Origin: Myxococcota bacterium
GTDB taxonomy: Bacteria; Myxococcota_A; UBA9160; PR03
NCBI GenBank assembly: GCA_041611735.1
Contig: JBFIML010000002.1
Span: 91,402-155,401, forward strand
DNA: 64,000 nucleotides
Direction of reading: 5' to 3'
The notes beneath the pieces were generated by a model, which saw nothing but the letters and a program-made list of their open reading frames with translations, was not told the origin of the DNA and searched no databases. This document shows, piece by piece, positions 28,791 to 38,648 of this stretch. Numbering within the stretch: the first letter of the stretch is position 1; each line of letters starts with the position of its first letter. The position numbers and the translations under genes were made by a program.

Positions 28791-30173
28791 CTAGAACTTG
28801 AACACGAGATCCGTCTGTAGCCGTAGCCGCTCTGCATCCGAGACGCTCTCCGCCTGGGCGACCAGATCGTCCTCGATCTCGTCGCTCCGGAAGAGCGTCA
28901 GGTTGAGCTCCGTATTGGCGAAGAGCTGGCGCGAGGCGTAGAAGGCCCAGCCCTTCCGGTTGGTCAACCCGTCGAAGAGATCGCTGTCGATGAGCTGGGA
29001 CGGAAAGGCGTTGGCCTCGATCTCCCAGTACCCGACCCCGAGCAGCGCCCACTTCTTCTTGTCGCCGATCTCGAGGCCGGCGCCCCAGGCCGTGTCCTCC
29101 GGATCGGCCCCCCCGGCCACTGCGCCGAAGGTACCGCTCACGGACTTCGCGTCCAGGTTCTGGGCCCAGTTCCCGTAGACGGTGATGGGGAACCACTCGC
29201 TCCCGCTCCAGCGCAGGTAGACACCACCCTCCACCACGTCCATGCCGCCCTTGCCGGTAGCGTTGCCCAGGAGACCGCTCACCCCCGCATCGCTCAGCAC
29301 GTTGCCCCCGGCGGAGGTGGCGCCGTCGGAGCCGTCGCAGTTGTCGCCGTCGAAGCCGCGGCAGAGGAAGTCCTCGTTGAGCGACCCGAACTGGTAGTAG
29401 GTGCCCCGGGCGCCGACCTGGACGACGTCGTTCAGCGCCAGCTCGCCCCCGAGCTGCGCGCCGAACAGGTGCGGGTCCTTGCCCGAGCTCGCTTCGTCCA
29501 GCAGGAAGTAACCGGTATTCAGGAACAGGATCAGGTTCTCGCCAGGAGTCGCCGTCAGGCCGAGGGCGACTCCCTCCGGGTTGATGTCTCCGTCCCAGAG
29601 CATGAAGTCCTTGCCCACCTTCCAGGTGAAGGGATTGCCCTGCTTGCCGAGAGCCAGGGACGCGGAGCCGCGCTCCCCGGCGATCCAGCTCTCGGGGGCC
29701 CGCAGCGCCACGTAGGCCCGGTCGATGAAGATGCCGTCCGGATCGAAGTCGGCCTCGTTGTTGCCGAAGCTCTGGTTGGTGCTGCGACTGTCGTCCTCGC
29801 CGGTGGCGAGCCGCAGGTGGACCGCGCTCCAGTCGTTCACGTCGAACTGGCCTGCCAGGCGGATGCGATAGCGGCCTCGATAGCGGTTGTCCCGCTCGCT
29901 CCCGAGCTCGTCGCGGTCGAACCAGAAGCTCTCGTGACGAGCCCGGAAGTCCCCGGAGAGCTGGAGGCGGTCCAGCCAGCCGTCCTTCTGCTGCGAGTCG
30001 GCGTAGCGCGCAGCCAGGCGGTTGTACTCCCCTTCGTCCACGATCCCCCGGTCCCTCAAGATGCCGAGGATCTCCTGAACCACCTCGCTCTCGGAGGCCG
30101 GCGCGGTGGCGGGAAGCACCAGGATTGCGAGGGCGAGCCCCAGGCCGGCGGCCCGCCAGATCCATCCCCTCAC
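28791..30173 (-). CDS. Putative outer-membrane porin (beta-barrel), likely phosphate-regulated
   Basis: Signal peptide, [28 protein letters not shown]-terminal LQTDLVFKF barrel signature; sits between phoR and phoU. Confidence 0.8.
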   Translation of the reverse strand: MRGWIWRAAGLGLALAILVLPATAPASESEVVQEILGILRDRGIVDEGEYNRLAARYADSQQKDGWLDRLQLSGDFRARHESFWFDRDELGSERDNRYRGRYRIRLAGQFDVNDWSAVHLRLATGEDDSRSTNQSFGNNEADFDPDGIFIDRAYVALRAPESWIAGERGSASLALGKQGNPFTWKVGKDFMLWDGDINPEGVALGLTATPGENLILFLNTGYFLLDEASSGKDPHLFGAQLGGELALNDVVQVGARGTYYQFGSLNEDFLCRGFDGDNCDGSDGATSAGGNVLSDAGVSGLLGNATGKGGMDVVEGGVYLRWSGSEWFPITVYGNWAQNLDAKSVSGTFGAVAGGADPEDTAWGAGLEIGDKKKWALLGVGYWEIEANAFPSQLIDSDLFDGLTNRKGWAFYASRQLFANTELNLTLFRSDEIEDDLVAQAESVSDAERLRLQTDLVFKF

Positions 30174-30221
30174 GAACGTCCCTCCTTGGCGTGCCGGGAC
30201 GGGTCCCCGAGCCGCGGCCGG

Positions 30222-30276
30222 ACGCTACGGAGCTGCGGTGGCGCCCCGGTGGAGCGCTCGTGACGGGAACGTGAAG
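30222..30276 (-). promoter_or_regulatory. Pho-box-like tandem array plus -10 element upstream of porin-phoU
   Basis: Minus-strand hexamers CTTCAC, CGTCAC, CTCCAC, CGCCAC at exact 11-bp period (plus-strand starts 30271, 30260, 30249, 30238), then 10 nt, then TAGCGT. Confidence 0.65.
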
Positions 30277-30305
30277 AACGGGGCGCGCCGGCGCGAAGGG
30301 TGCGA

Positions 30306-31664
30306 CTACGGCGCGCTTTCCGGTGCGACGGGGAGTGTCACCGTGAAGGTCGAACCGCGGCCCAGCTGGCTGCGCACGGTGATCTCCCCGCCCATGGCCT
30401 GGACCAAGTGCTTCACGATGGAGAGCCCGAGGCCCGTCCCCCCCAGGGCCCGGGAGCGGCCGGGGTCCACCCGGTAGAAGCGCTCGAACACGCGCGGGAG
30501 ATCGCGGGCGGGAATGCCGATCCCGCTGTCGGCGATCTCGATGCGCACGCGTCCCGTCTCGCTCCGCACGCCGACGAGGACCCGCCCGCCGGCTTCGGTG
30601 TACTTGATGGCGTTGTCGATCAGGTTCTGGAGCACCTGCTCCAGGGCCCGGCGGTTGGCGCGCAGGCGGCCGTCGCCCTCCACGTGGAGGTCCGACTCGA
30701 GGCTCGCCTGGGCCAGGCGCTCCTCCAGCTCCACCAGCAGGTGCGAGACCACCTCGGCCGCGTCCAGGGGCTCAGGCTCCAGGCGCAAGGCCCCGCTCTC
30801 GATGCGCGAGAGGTCCATCAGGTCGTCGAGCAGCGAAGCCAGACGCCGCGCGTTGGCCAGCACGATCTCGGCGGCCCGGAGCGCCTCCGGGTCGTCGAGC
30901 TTGCGTTCCACCAGGCGCTCCGCGAAGCCCCGGATGGCCGTGAGGGGGGTCTTCAGCTCATGGGAGGCGTTGGCCACGAAGTCGCGTCGCACGCGCTCCA
31001 GGTGGCGCACGTCGGTCACGTCGTGGACCACCGCCACCACCCCCGACGGCGGCGCTCCGCGCTGGAGGGGGGCGGCGTGCACCCGCAGGCGGCGGTCGGC
31101 CGCATCGCGCAGCTCCACCTCGCGCCCGGCCGGCCGGCCGCTGCGCAGGGCCTGCCGGATGGTGTCCACCACCTCCGGCTGGCGCACCGCCTCGAGCAGG
31201 ATCCGGCCGCCGGGAGGTCCGGGCGTGGCGAGCATCGCGCAGAGCTGCGGGTTGGCCACGAGCACCCGCTCTCCGGCGTCCACCACCAGGACACCCTCGG
31301 CCATGGCCTCGATCACCGCCTGGAGACGTCCGCTCTGCTCCTCCGCCTCCCGCACCCGGTCCGCCACTCGGGCCGCCAGGTCGTCGAGGGCGTTGGCCAG
31401 GGGACGCAGGTCCGCGGGCCAGGAGAGCGGCGCGGACGGGCCGCGAACGTCGCGGCCCAGCTCCTCGGTGAGGCGCCGCACCGCTTCGAGGGGCGCCCCC
31501 AGGCGGCGCGCCAGCCAGACCGCCGCCGCCAGGGCGAGGACGAGCCCCGCGCCCAGGGCGAAGGCCAGGGCGCGTCCCGAAGCCCCGCCCAGGGCGGCCC
31601 CCGCCGCCGTCCCCAGCAGCACCACTGCGACCGCGCTCGCGACTCTGCGTCGAATGCCCGACAA
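30306..31664 (-). CDS. phoR: Sensor histidine kinase PhoR-like (HAMP-PAS-HisKA-HATPase)
   Basis: [49 protein letters not shown]; pho gene context. Confidence 0.88.
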   Translation of the reverse strand: MSGIRRRVASAVAVVLLGTAAGAALGGASGRALAFALGAGLVLALAAAVWLARRLGAPLEAVRRLTEELGRDVRGPSAPLSWPADLRPLANALDDLAARVADRVREAEEQSGRLQAVIEAMAEGVLVVDAGERVLVANPQLCAMLATPGPPGGRILLEAVRQPEVVDTIRQALRSGRPAGREVELRDAADRRLRVHAAPLQRGAPPSGVVAVVHDVTDVRHLERVRRDFVANASHELKTPLTAIRGFAERLVERKLDDPEALRAAEIVLANARRLASLLDDLMDLSRIESGALRLEPEPLDAAEVVSHLLVELEERLAQASLESDLHVEGDGRLRANRRALEQVLQNLIDNAIKYTEAGGRVLVGVRSETGRVRIEIADSGIGIPARDLPRVFERFYRVDPGRSRALGGTGLGLSIVKHLVQAMGGEITVRSQLGRGSTFTVTLPVAPESAP

Positions 31665-31698
31665 GGGGTCGGCCTCGTGCGAGGAAGGAGCGACCGGG

Positions 31699-32379
31699 CT
31701 ACTCGGTGAAACGGTAGCCCACCCCGCGCACGGTCTCGATCAGGGATCCCGCCTCCCCGAGCTTCTCCCGCAGCCGCTTCAGATGCGTGTCGATCGTACG
31801 CAGGGTCACGTGCACGTCGGACCCCCAGATCCGGTCCAGCAGGCGCTCGCGGGTCTGGACGCGGCCCGGACGCTCCATGAGCTGGACCAGGAGCTGGAAC
31901 TCCCTGGCGGTGAGCGTCACCTCGAGTCCGTTCACCGCGCAGCGGTGCCGGTCCAGGTCCACCTCGAGGGGCCCGCGCGCCAGGCGCCGCGTCTCGGGCA
32001 CGGCCCCGGTGCGCCGGCGCAGCAGCGCGCGAGCGCGCAGCACCAGCTCGCGGGCGCTGAAGGGCTTCGTCACGTAGTCGTCGGCGCCGAGCTCGAAGCC
32101 CACCACCCGGTCGACCTCGCCCGACCGGGCCGTGAGCATCACCACCGGGAGGTCCGCCGTCTCCGAACGGGCGCGGACGTGCCGGCAGACGTCGCTGCCG
32201 GGCAGGTCGGGCAGCATCCAGTCGAGCACCAGCAGGTCGGGCGGCGCCCGGCGCAGCCGCTCCAGGGCCTGCTGGCCGGTCTCGGCCGTCTCCACGTCGT
32301 AGCCCGCCTCCGCCAGGCTGGCCCGCACCAGCTCGAGAACGTCCGGCTCGTCGTCGACCACTAGGATGCGCTGGGCCAT
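31699..32379 (-). CDS. phoB: OmpR-family response regulator PhoB
   Basis: [54 protein letters not shown]. Confidence 0.9.
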   Translation of the reverse strand: MAQRILVVDDEPDVLELVRASLAEAGYDVETAETGQQALERLRRAPPDLLVLDWMLPDLPGSDVCRHVRARSETADLPVVMLTARSGEVDRVVGFELGADDYVTKPFSARELVLRARALLRRRTGAVPETRRLARGPLEVDLDRHRCAVNGLEVTLTAREFQLLVQLMERPGRVQTRERLLDRIWGSDVHVTLRTIDTHLKRLREKLGEAGSLIETVRGVGYRFTE

Positions 32380-32558
32380 GGCCCGCGACGTTACCGGCCG
32401 CCCGCGAGCGCCTCCAGCGGCGGCCGGGCTCGTCCCGGGAGCGCCACGAAATCCGGACGGCGTCGGGACTGGACGGCCTGGACGCGGGCCCGGCCGGGGA
32501 CGCTTGAGGCCCTCCGGACGAGCCGTCATACTCGGGAGGCTCTGGCAGGCGCAGGCGT

Positions 32559-32635
<77 letters not shown>

Positions 32636-32753
32636 CCCCGCGCCGGAGACGGCGGGCCGCCCGGCCCGCCGGCCACCCCCCCGGGCCCGGGTTGCGGCCC
32701 TCGACCGGGATGCGCGCCTCGGAGTAGGATGGAGCCTGCGAAAGGCTCCTCCC

Positions 32754-33413
32754 ATGACCCGACGCCTCCTGCTCCCGCTCGTCCTGCTCCTGCTCGGCGG
32801 CTGCGACCGCCCCCCCGGCGACGACCCCGCCGATGTCCGGGTGCGCGTGAGCTACGTGGGCGTCGACCCGAGGGCGGGAGCGCCCATCGTCATGCTCGAG
32901 GAGGAGAACGGCGGTGGACGTTTGCTTCCGATCTGGATCGGCTTCGCCGAGGCCCGCTCCATCGCCTCCGAGATCGAGCACCGCCGGTCGCCGCGCCCCA
33001 ACACCCACGACCTGGCCAAGCAGGTGCTCGTCCAGCTCGAGAGCCGTGTGGAGCGCGTCGTGGTGACCGAGCTGCGCGAGGGCACCTACTACGCGGTGCT
33101 CATGCTCAACCGCAACGGGCGACGGCTCGAGCTCGACGCCCGGCCGAGCGACGCCATCGCACTGGCGCTGCGCTTCGAAGCGCCGGTCTTCGTGCGCGCC
33201 TCGCTGTTCGAGGCCGAGCCGCTGCCGGTCCCCGACGGACCGGAGCGGCAAGCCAGCCGCGTCCCCGCCCACGTCCCGGCCGGATGGCGGAAGGCCGACG
33301 GCAACTGGCGGTCGGGAGTCCCGACGGCAATTCGAGAAACCGCCCTTCCCGTCGCGAATCGACCTGGCGTCGCAGGGGCGAAACTCTCCGAAGTTCACCT
33401 CCCTTCGCGTTGA
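32754..33413 (+). CDS. Bifunctional nuclease (DUF151)-family protein with predicted lipoprotein signal
   Basis: [35 protein letters not shown] terminus [17 protein letters not shown]. Confidence 0.85.
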   Translation: MTRRLLLPLVLLLLGGCDRPPGDDPADVRVRVSYVGVDPRAGAPIVMLEEENGGGRLLPIWIGFAEARSIASEIEHRRSPRPNTHDLAKQVLVQLESRVERVVVTELREGTYYAVLMLNRNGRRLELDARPSDAIALALRFEAPVFVRASLFEAEPLPVPDGPERQASRVPAHVPAGWRKADGNWRSGVPTAIRETALPVANRPGVAGAKLSEVHLPSR

Positions 33414-33438
33414 CAAGCGGCATGGCCGCTGGCACGAT
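33410..33438 (+). promoter_or_regulatory. Sigma70-type promoter with palindromic spacer
   Basis: TTGACA (33410-15), 17-nt spacer containing AGCGGC-ATG-GCCGCT, CACGAT (33433-38). Confidence 0.55.
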
Positions 33439-33510
33439 CGGTCCGACCGTGCGTTGTCCCTCGACGGCACCTGATAGACGCGCGCGCTCGTTGCCCTACG
33501 CGGAGGGGAG

Positions 33511-33768
33511 ATGACGCACACGGAGCTCGCCTGGCAGTTCGCCGATATCTTCGACGAGCTCGGGGTCGAGCAGATCAACGAGATGCTCGCCAAGAACGTC
33601 CCGCTCGAGACGCTCGAGTTCTTTCGCACGTACGGAGAAGAGTTCGGCAGCGGGGAGGGCTTGAACGAGGCGGTGTCGAAGCGTCTGCCCAACCTGTTGC
33701 TGGTCGGCTACCTGATCCGCGTGCTGGAGGATCGGCTGTTACACGGCGAAGAGGAGCCGAGCGCCTGA
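33511..33768 (+). CDS. Acidic hypothetical protein (85 aa)
   Basis: Strong GGAGGGGAG RBS, high GC3, stop overlaps the next gene. Confidence 0.8.
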   Translation: MTHTELAWQFADIFDELGVEQINEMLAKNVPLETLEFFRTYGEEFGSGEGLNEAVSKRLPNLLLVGYLIRVLEDRLLHGEEEPSA

Positions 33769-34460
33769 ACGCGTTCCGCGCCTGCGAGCCGTGGCCCACC
33801 GGGCGCCGCCTGTTCCTGATGCGGCACGGGGAGACCTACGAGCCGCACCTCGACACGCCCATGGCCGGTCCCGACGAGGACCCGGCCCTGCCGCTCACCG
33901 CCCGCGGCCGCATGCAGCTGGAGGCGACGGCCCGGGCGCTGGCGAAGACGGGCCTCGAGGGCGTGTGCTCGTCGCCCTTCCGCCGCAGCCAGGAGACGGC
34001 GCGCGTCGTGGCCGAGCCGCTGGGCCTCGAGGTGACGGCGCTCGAGGCCCTCGGCGAGCTCGCCCTGCATCCCCCCGCCGGCGGCACGCTTCGGCACGTG
34101 GCGCGCCGCTACCTGGAGCTGGCGCGACGGCTCGCGGAGGAGGCTCCGGCCGCGATCCACCTCGACGACGGCCGCGACCTGCGCTCGGCGGTGGAGGAGG
34201 CCCTGGGAGCAGTACGGAGCGCCCTGGAGGAGCAGGGACCGCGCCTCCTGGTGGTGGCCCACGGCGGCCTGAACCGCTTCCTGCTCGCCCACTGGCTGGG
34301 CCTGCCACCGCGCGGCTTCCTCTCCCTGGATCAGGACTTCGGGTGCGTCAACGTGATCGACTTCGTGCGGGGGGGCCGGGCCTGGGTGCGCGCCGTGAAC
34401 GTGACGGTCCACGACCCGGTCAAGCTGGATGGCCTGCCCGGCGGGCTCGGCCGCGGGTGA
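33765..34460 (+). CDS. Histidine phosphatase (phosphoglycerate mutase superfamily), probable CTG start
   Basis: RLFLMRHGET, SSPFRRSQETA, VVAHGG; the ATG at 33819 would delete the strand before RHG. Confidence 0.85.
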   Translation: MNAFRACEPWPTGRRLFLMRHGETYEPHLDTPMAGPDEDPALPLTARGRMQLEATARALAKTGLEGVCSSPFRRSQETARVVAEPLGLEVTALEALGELALHPPAGGTLRHVARRYLELARRLAEEAPAAIHLDDGRDLRSAVEEALGAVRSALEEQGPRLLVVAHGGLNRFLLAHWLGLPPRGFLSLDQDFGCVNVIDFVRGGRAWVRAVNVTVHDPVKLDGLPGGLGRG

Positions 34461-34849
34461 GCGAGCGGGCCCGCGAAGTGCGGACCCCGGGGGCCCCGCA
34501 GCCGGTCGGCCCCTACTCCCAGGCCGTGGTGCACGACCGCCTGGTCTTCGTCTCCGGCCAGATCCCCCTGGATCCGGCCACCAAGCGGCTGGTGGAAGGG
34601 GACGTGGAGATCCAGACCGAGCGCGCGCTGGCGAACCTGGCGGCGGTGCTCGAGGCGGCCGGCTCGTCCCTCGAACGGGTGGTGCGCGTGACCGTCTATC
34701 TGACCGACCTGGGGCTCTTTCCGCGCGTGAACGAGGTCTATGCCCGTAGCTTCCGCTCGGACCCGAAGCCGGCCCGCACCACCGTGCAGGTGGTCCGCTT
34801 GCCGCTGGACGCCGTCGTCGAGATCGACGCCATCGCGACGCGCTCCTGA
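34457..34849 (+). CDS. RidA / YjgF / UK114 family deaminase
   Basis: VGPYSQAV, VSGQIPLDP, VNEVYA, PARTTVQV, VEIDAIA. Confidence 0.92.
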   Translation: MSERAREVRTPGAPQPVGPYSQAVVHDRLVFVSGQIPLDPATKRLVEGDVEIQTERALANLAAVLEAAGSSLERVVRVTVYLTDLGLFPRVNEVYARSFRSDPKPARTTVQVVRLPLDAVVEIDAIATRS

Positions 34850-34856
34850 GCGCGAA

Positions 34857-35459
34857 TCAGCGCACGACTCCCGAGCCGTAGGCGCGCACGATGCGCGGCA
34901 GGTTGACCGCGTTGATGCCGACGTGCGCCACCGTGGGGGCCAGCAGGTTTCCGGTGGCCTCGAACAGAAACCCGAGCAGCAGGCCTGCGGCCACGGAGAA
35001 GACGCTCCAGAGCGCCAGGTCGCGGCGCGGAACGAAGTGGGCCGCCCCGAAGAGCAGGCTCGCCGCCAGCAGCCCGACCCGAGGCTGCAGGGCGCCGCGG
35101 AAGAAGATCTCCTCCGCCACGCCGCTGGCCCCCGCCAGCACCAGGCACTGGCCGAGGCTCAAGGGACCCACCGCCCGGGCCAGGGCCCGCGCCAGGGCCT
35201 CGCCGGACCGGGTATGGCGGGTCAGGAAGTCCGAGAGCCCCACCATGGCGGCCGCGGCCAGGGTCCCGAGAGCCAGGTCGCGCAGCGGAGCGGCGCCTTG
35301 GGCGGCCGCCGCCGGGGCCGCATAGAACGGGCTCTCCCCGCAAAGCCCCAGCCGCCAGGCCAGGGCGAGGCCCGCCAGGACGGCGTAGAAGGCCAGCGCC
35401 AGGCGAACCAGACGCTGGCCGTCCATCCGGGCCCGCTCGTCGAACTGGGTGGCACCCAC
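34857..35459 (-). CDS. CPBP (CAAX protease-like) intramembrane metalloprotease
   Basis: AEEIFFRG, LFGAAH, AHVGIN motifs. Confidence 0.88.
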   Translation of the reverse strand: MGATQFDERARMDGQRLVRLALAFYAVLAGLALAWRLGLCGESPFYAAPAAAAQGAAPLRDLALGTLAAAAMVGLSDFLTRHTRSGEALARALARAVGPLSLGQCLVLAGASGVAEEIFFRGALQPRVGLLAASLLFGAAHFVPRRDLALWSVFSVAAGLLLGFLFEATGNLLAPTVAHVGINAVNLPRIVRAYGSGVVR

Positions 35460-35485
35460 GTCCCTCCTTCCGTCGCAGCCCTTCG

Positions 35486-35514
35486 TTGACCGGGGGGTTG
35501 GACCCGGGTAGCTT
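35486..35514 (+). promoter_or_regulatory. Sigma70-type promoter of greA
   Basis: TTGACC (35486-91), 17-nt spacer, TAGCTT (35509-14). Confidence 0.65.
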
Positions 35515-35525
35515 CCGGTTCGGCC

Positions 35526-35558
35526 CGACGCCCTCCCCCCGAGGGCGTCGTCTTGTTT
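35526..35558 (+). terminator. Intrinsic-terminator-like hairpin in the greA 5' leader
   Basis: CGACGCCCTC-CCCCC-GAGGGCGTCG 10-bp perfect stem followed by TCTTGTTT. Confidence 0.65.
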
Positions 35559-35587
35559 GGGCCCAGTCTACCCCGGGGGTCGAGTTC

Positions 35588-36070
35588 ATGTCGGACCGGA
35601 TCCCGATGACCGCCGCCGGCTATGCGAAGCTCGAGGCGGAGCTCAAGCGTCTCAAGGGCGAGGAGCGGCCGCGCATCGTCCGGGAGCTGGAGGCCGCGCG
35701 CGCCCACGGCGACATCTCCGAGAACGCGGAGTTCGAAGCCGCCAAGGAGAAGCAGGCCCACGTGGAGGGTCGCATCCGCCAGATCGAGGATCGGCTCGCC
35801 CGGGCCCAGGTCATCGATCCGACCGGTCAGAGCCCCGACGCGGTCCGCTTCGGAGCGACCGTGGTCCTGATGGACGGAGAGAGCGGGGAGGAGATCACGT
35901 ACACCATCGTGGGCGAGGACGAATCCGATGTGGGTGTGGGGCTCATTTCCATCACCTCGCCCGTCGCCCGGGCCCTGCTCGGTCAGCGCATCGAGGCCAC
36001 GGTGCGCGTTCGGGTCCCCCGGGGCATCCGCGAGTTCGAGATCCTCGCCATCCGTTATGAGGAGGAGTGA
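35588..36070 (+). CDS. greA: Transcription elongation factor GreA
   Basis: ARAHGDISENAEFEAAKE, VRFGATV, ISITSPVARALLG. Confidence 0.96.
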   Translation: MSDRIPMTAAGYAKLEAELKRLKGEERPRIVRELEAARAHGDISENAEFEAAKEKQAHVEGRIRQIEDRLARAQVIDPTGQSPDAVRFGATVVLMDGESGEEITYTIVGEDESDVGVGLISITSPVARALLGQRIEATVRVRVPRGIREFEILAIRYEEE

Positions 36071-36182
36071 GCGCTTGCGCAGTGCTTCGGGCAGTCCGGT
36101 TGCCAGCCGCGCGCGCCCTCGTGTAGCCTCGCGCGGAACGCGGGGACGTTCCCTCCCCCCATCCGATTCCCGGAAGCCACGC

Positions 36183-37559
36183 GTGCGCTCCCTCCAGGTC
36201 AAGTTCAGCTTCGTGGTCGTCTCGCTGCTCGCCACCGCGTGCATCGGTCTCGCGTGGATCGCGACCCAGCACGAGCGGCGCGCCCTGGAGGCGGAGATCG
36301 AGAAGCGTGGCCGCACCCTGGCCGGAAACCTGGCAGGCGTGGCCAAGGAGCCTCTGCTCGCCGAGGACGACCTCCTGCTGGCGAGCCTCGTGAAGCAGGC
36401 CGGTCGCGAGGAAGGAGTCGTGGCGGCGCGCCTGGTGGGCGGCCAGGGGAAGGTCGCAGCCTCCCTGGACCCGGAGGAGGTGGGTCGGCTGGCCGAGCCC
36501 CTGGAGCCCGAGGGCGCCGGGGAGCCCGGTGTGGAGCGCACCGGCCGTCTGCTGCGCGTCGCCTCGCCGGTGCTCTACAGCGGGCTGCGCGTCGGGGAGG
36601 CACAGCTGGAGTTCGACCTGGCCGCGCTGGTGGACCCCGTGGTGAGCGAGAGCGAGCGACAGCTCGCCCTGGTGGCTGCGGCCGTGATGCTGCTCGGCGT
36701 GGTGGCGGGGGTCGTGTTCGTGGCCTTCCTGGTCGAGCCCCTGCGGCGTCTGCGAGCCGGGGTGGAGCGACTCGCCGCGGGAGACCTGAGCGTGCGGGTG
36801 CCGCCCACGTCCAGCGACGAGGTGGGATCCCTGACGCGCGCGTTCAACGCCATGGGCGAGTCCCTGCAGCAGAAGGAGCGCATCCAGCGGGAGTTCGGCC
36901 GCTATGTGAGCGACTACGTGCTCGAACAACTGCTGCGCGCGCCCGAAGGCGACGAGCTGCGTGGGGCCGAACGGGAGATCACGATCCTGTTCGCCGACCT
37001 GCGCCAGTTCACGCGGCTCTCCGAGGGCATGAAGGCGCAGGAGGTCGTAGCCCTGCTCAACGAGTTCTTCCAGCTCGCTTCCGACTGCGTCCTCTCGAGC
37101 GGCGGCACCATCGACAAGTTCATCGGCGATTCGCTGATGGCGTACTTCGGCGCCCCGGTTTCCCAGCCCGACCATGCCGAGCGGGCCGTGGCGGCGGCCA
37201 TGGAGATCCAGCGCGTCGTGGCCGATCACAACGCTCGCCAGCGGAGCGTCGACGAGAATGCCGTCACGGTCCAGGTCGGCGTCGGCGTCCACACGGGGCT
37301 CGCGGTGGTGGGAAGCATCGGCTCCCAGCGCCGCGCGGACTTCACGGCCATCGGAGACGTGGTGAACGTGGCCCATCGCCTGGAGAAGCTGGCGCGCCCC
37401 GGTGAGATCCTGATCTCGGAGGCCGTGCAGCGTCGGGTTCGCGGGAGCTTCCGACTGCGTTTCGAGGGCGAGCGGCAGCTCTCGGGCCGCCAGGAGCCGG
37501 TCCACGTCTACGCCGTGGAGCCGTCACCGACGGGTCCGGCGTCGGCTCAACGCGGGTGA
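36183..37559 (+). CDS. Membrane class III adenylate cyclase (2 TM, periplasmic domain, HAMP)
   Basis: HAMP DEVGSLTRAFNAM; ILFADLRQFT, DKFIGDSLMAYFG, DFTAIGDVVNVAHRLE (Lys/Thr ATP-specifying residues); start uncertain. Confidence 0.9.
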   Translation: MRSLQVKFSFVVVSLLATACIGLAWIATQHERRALEAEIEKRGRTLAGNLAGVAKEPLLAEDDLLLASLVKQAGREEGVVAARLVGGQGKVAASLDPEEVGRLAEPLEPEGAGEPGVERTGRLLRVASPVLYSGLRVGEAQLEFDLAALVDPVVSESERQLALVAAAVMLLGVVAGVVFVAFLVEPLRRLRAGVERLAAGDLSVRVPPTSSDEVGSLTRAFNAMGESLQQKERIQREFGRYVSDYVLEQLLRAPEGDELRGAEREITILFADLRQFTRLSEGMKAQEVVALLNEFFQLASDCVLSSGGTIDKFIGDSLMAYFGAPVSQPDHAERAVAAAMEIQRVVADHNARQRSVDENAVTVQVGVGVHTGLAVVGSIGSQRRADFTAIGDVVNVAHRLEKLARPGEILISEAVQRRVRGSFRLRFEGERQLSGRQEPVHVYAVEPSPTGPASAQRG

Positions 37560-38647
37560 GTGGAGGCGGTTGGCTGCGGCGGGGACTCCTCGCCGCGCTG
37601 CTGGGGGGGCTGGCGTGCGCGAGCCCCATCCTGGAGGGCGAGAAGCACTACCGGGAAGGCGACCGCCTGGGGGCCCTGGAGATCTGGCGCTCGGTGCCGC
37701 CGGACAGCGGCGACTGGCAGGCCGCGCAGCGGCGCGTGGAGGCCCTCGAGGCCGAGTTCGAGCAGCTCATGGTCCGCTACCGGCAGCGGGGGCGCTACTT
37801 CGAGCGCGCGGGACGCCTGGCCGAGTCGATCCTGAACTATCGGCTCGCCCTGAAGCTCCAGCCCGACGACCGCGAGACCCTCCAGCGGGTGCAGCAGCTC
37901 GCGCGCCGCCTGGCGGAGCGCAAGGCGGAGCTCCAGGGCTCGTTGCAGGCGGCCCTGACCCAGCGCGACGTGGCGGCCGCCGCGCGCCACCTGGCCGACC
38001 TGCGGGAGCTCGACCCGTTCGACCCGGCTCTGGAGAGCGAGGAGCGCCGCCTCGATGCGAGCGTCCAGATCGAGGTGGAGGAGCAGGTGGCGGAGGGACG
38101 GCGCCGCTTCCAGGGCGGCGACCTGGCCGCAGCGTCCGGCGCGTTCGAGCGGGCCCTCGCCCTGGAGCCGGGCAACGAGACGGCGCGCGGCTACCAGTCG
38201 TACCTGGAGACCGTACGCCGGGAGCTGGACCGCTCGGGCTCCCCGCCCGGCGGCCTGCGCGCACCCGACGCCTTCGCCTCGGAGGCCCAGATCCGCGCCG
38301 AGGGGCTGCACCAGAATGCCCTGGCCGCGGATCGCGCGGGGGATCCCTGGTCCGCGATCCGCTACGAGCTCCAGGCCTTGCGGGTGGATGCGAAGCACGG
38401 GGGAGCTCGGCGCCACCTGACCGAGCTGCGCGCGCGGCTCGGCCCGTACGTGGAGGGGCTGATCGAATCCGGCCGGGCCTCCTTTCGCCAGGAGGATCTC
38501 CAGTCGGCCCTCGATCACTGGCGCCGGGCCCTGCTCGTCGAGCCGGACAACGAACGGGCACGCGAGTACGTGGTCCGCGCCGAGCGCATGCTCGAGAATC
38601 TGGAGCGGCTGAGGTCCGAGCCGACCCAGGGCCGCGGGCGACGCTAG
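37556..38647 (+). CDS. TPR-repeat lipoprotein
   Basis: Lipobox GGLAC; ALKLQPDD, ALALEPGN, ALLVEPDN TPR ends; GTGA overlap with the cyclase. Confidence 0.8.
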   Translation: MSGGGWLRRGLLAALLGGLACASPILEGEKHYREGDRLGALEIWRSVPPDSGDWQAAQRRVEALEAEFEQLMVRYRQRGRYFERAGRLAESILNYRLALKLQPDDRETLQRVQQLARRLAERKAELQGSLQAALTQRDVAAAARHLADLRELDPFDPALESEERRLDASVQIEVEEQVAEGRRRFQGGDLAAASGAFERALALEPGNETARGYQSYLETVRRELDRSGSPPGGLRAPDAFASEAQIRAEGLHQNALAADRAGDPWSAIRYELQALRVDAKHGGARRHLTELRARLGPYVEGLIESGRASFRQEDLQSALDHWRRALLVEPDNERAREYVVRAERMLENLERLRSEPTQGRGRR

Positions 38648-38648
38648 G

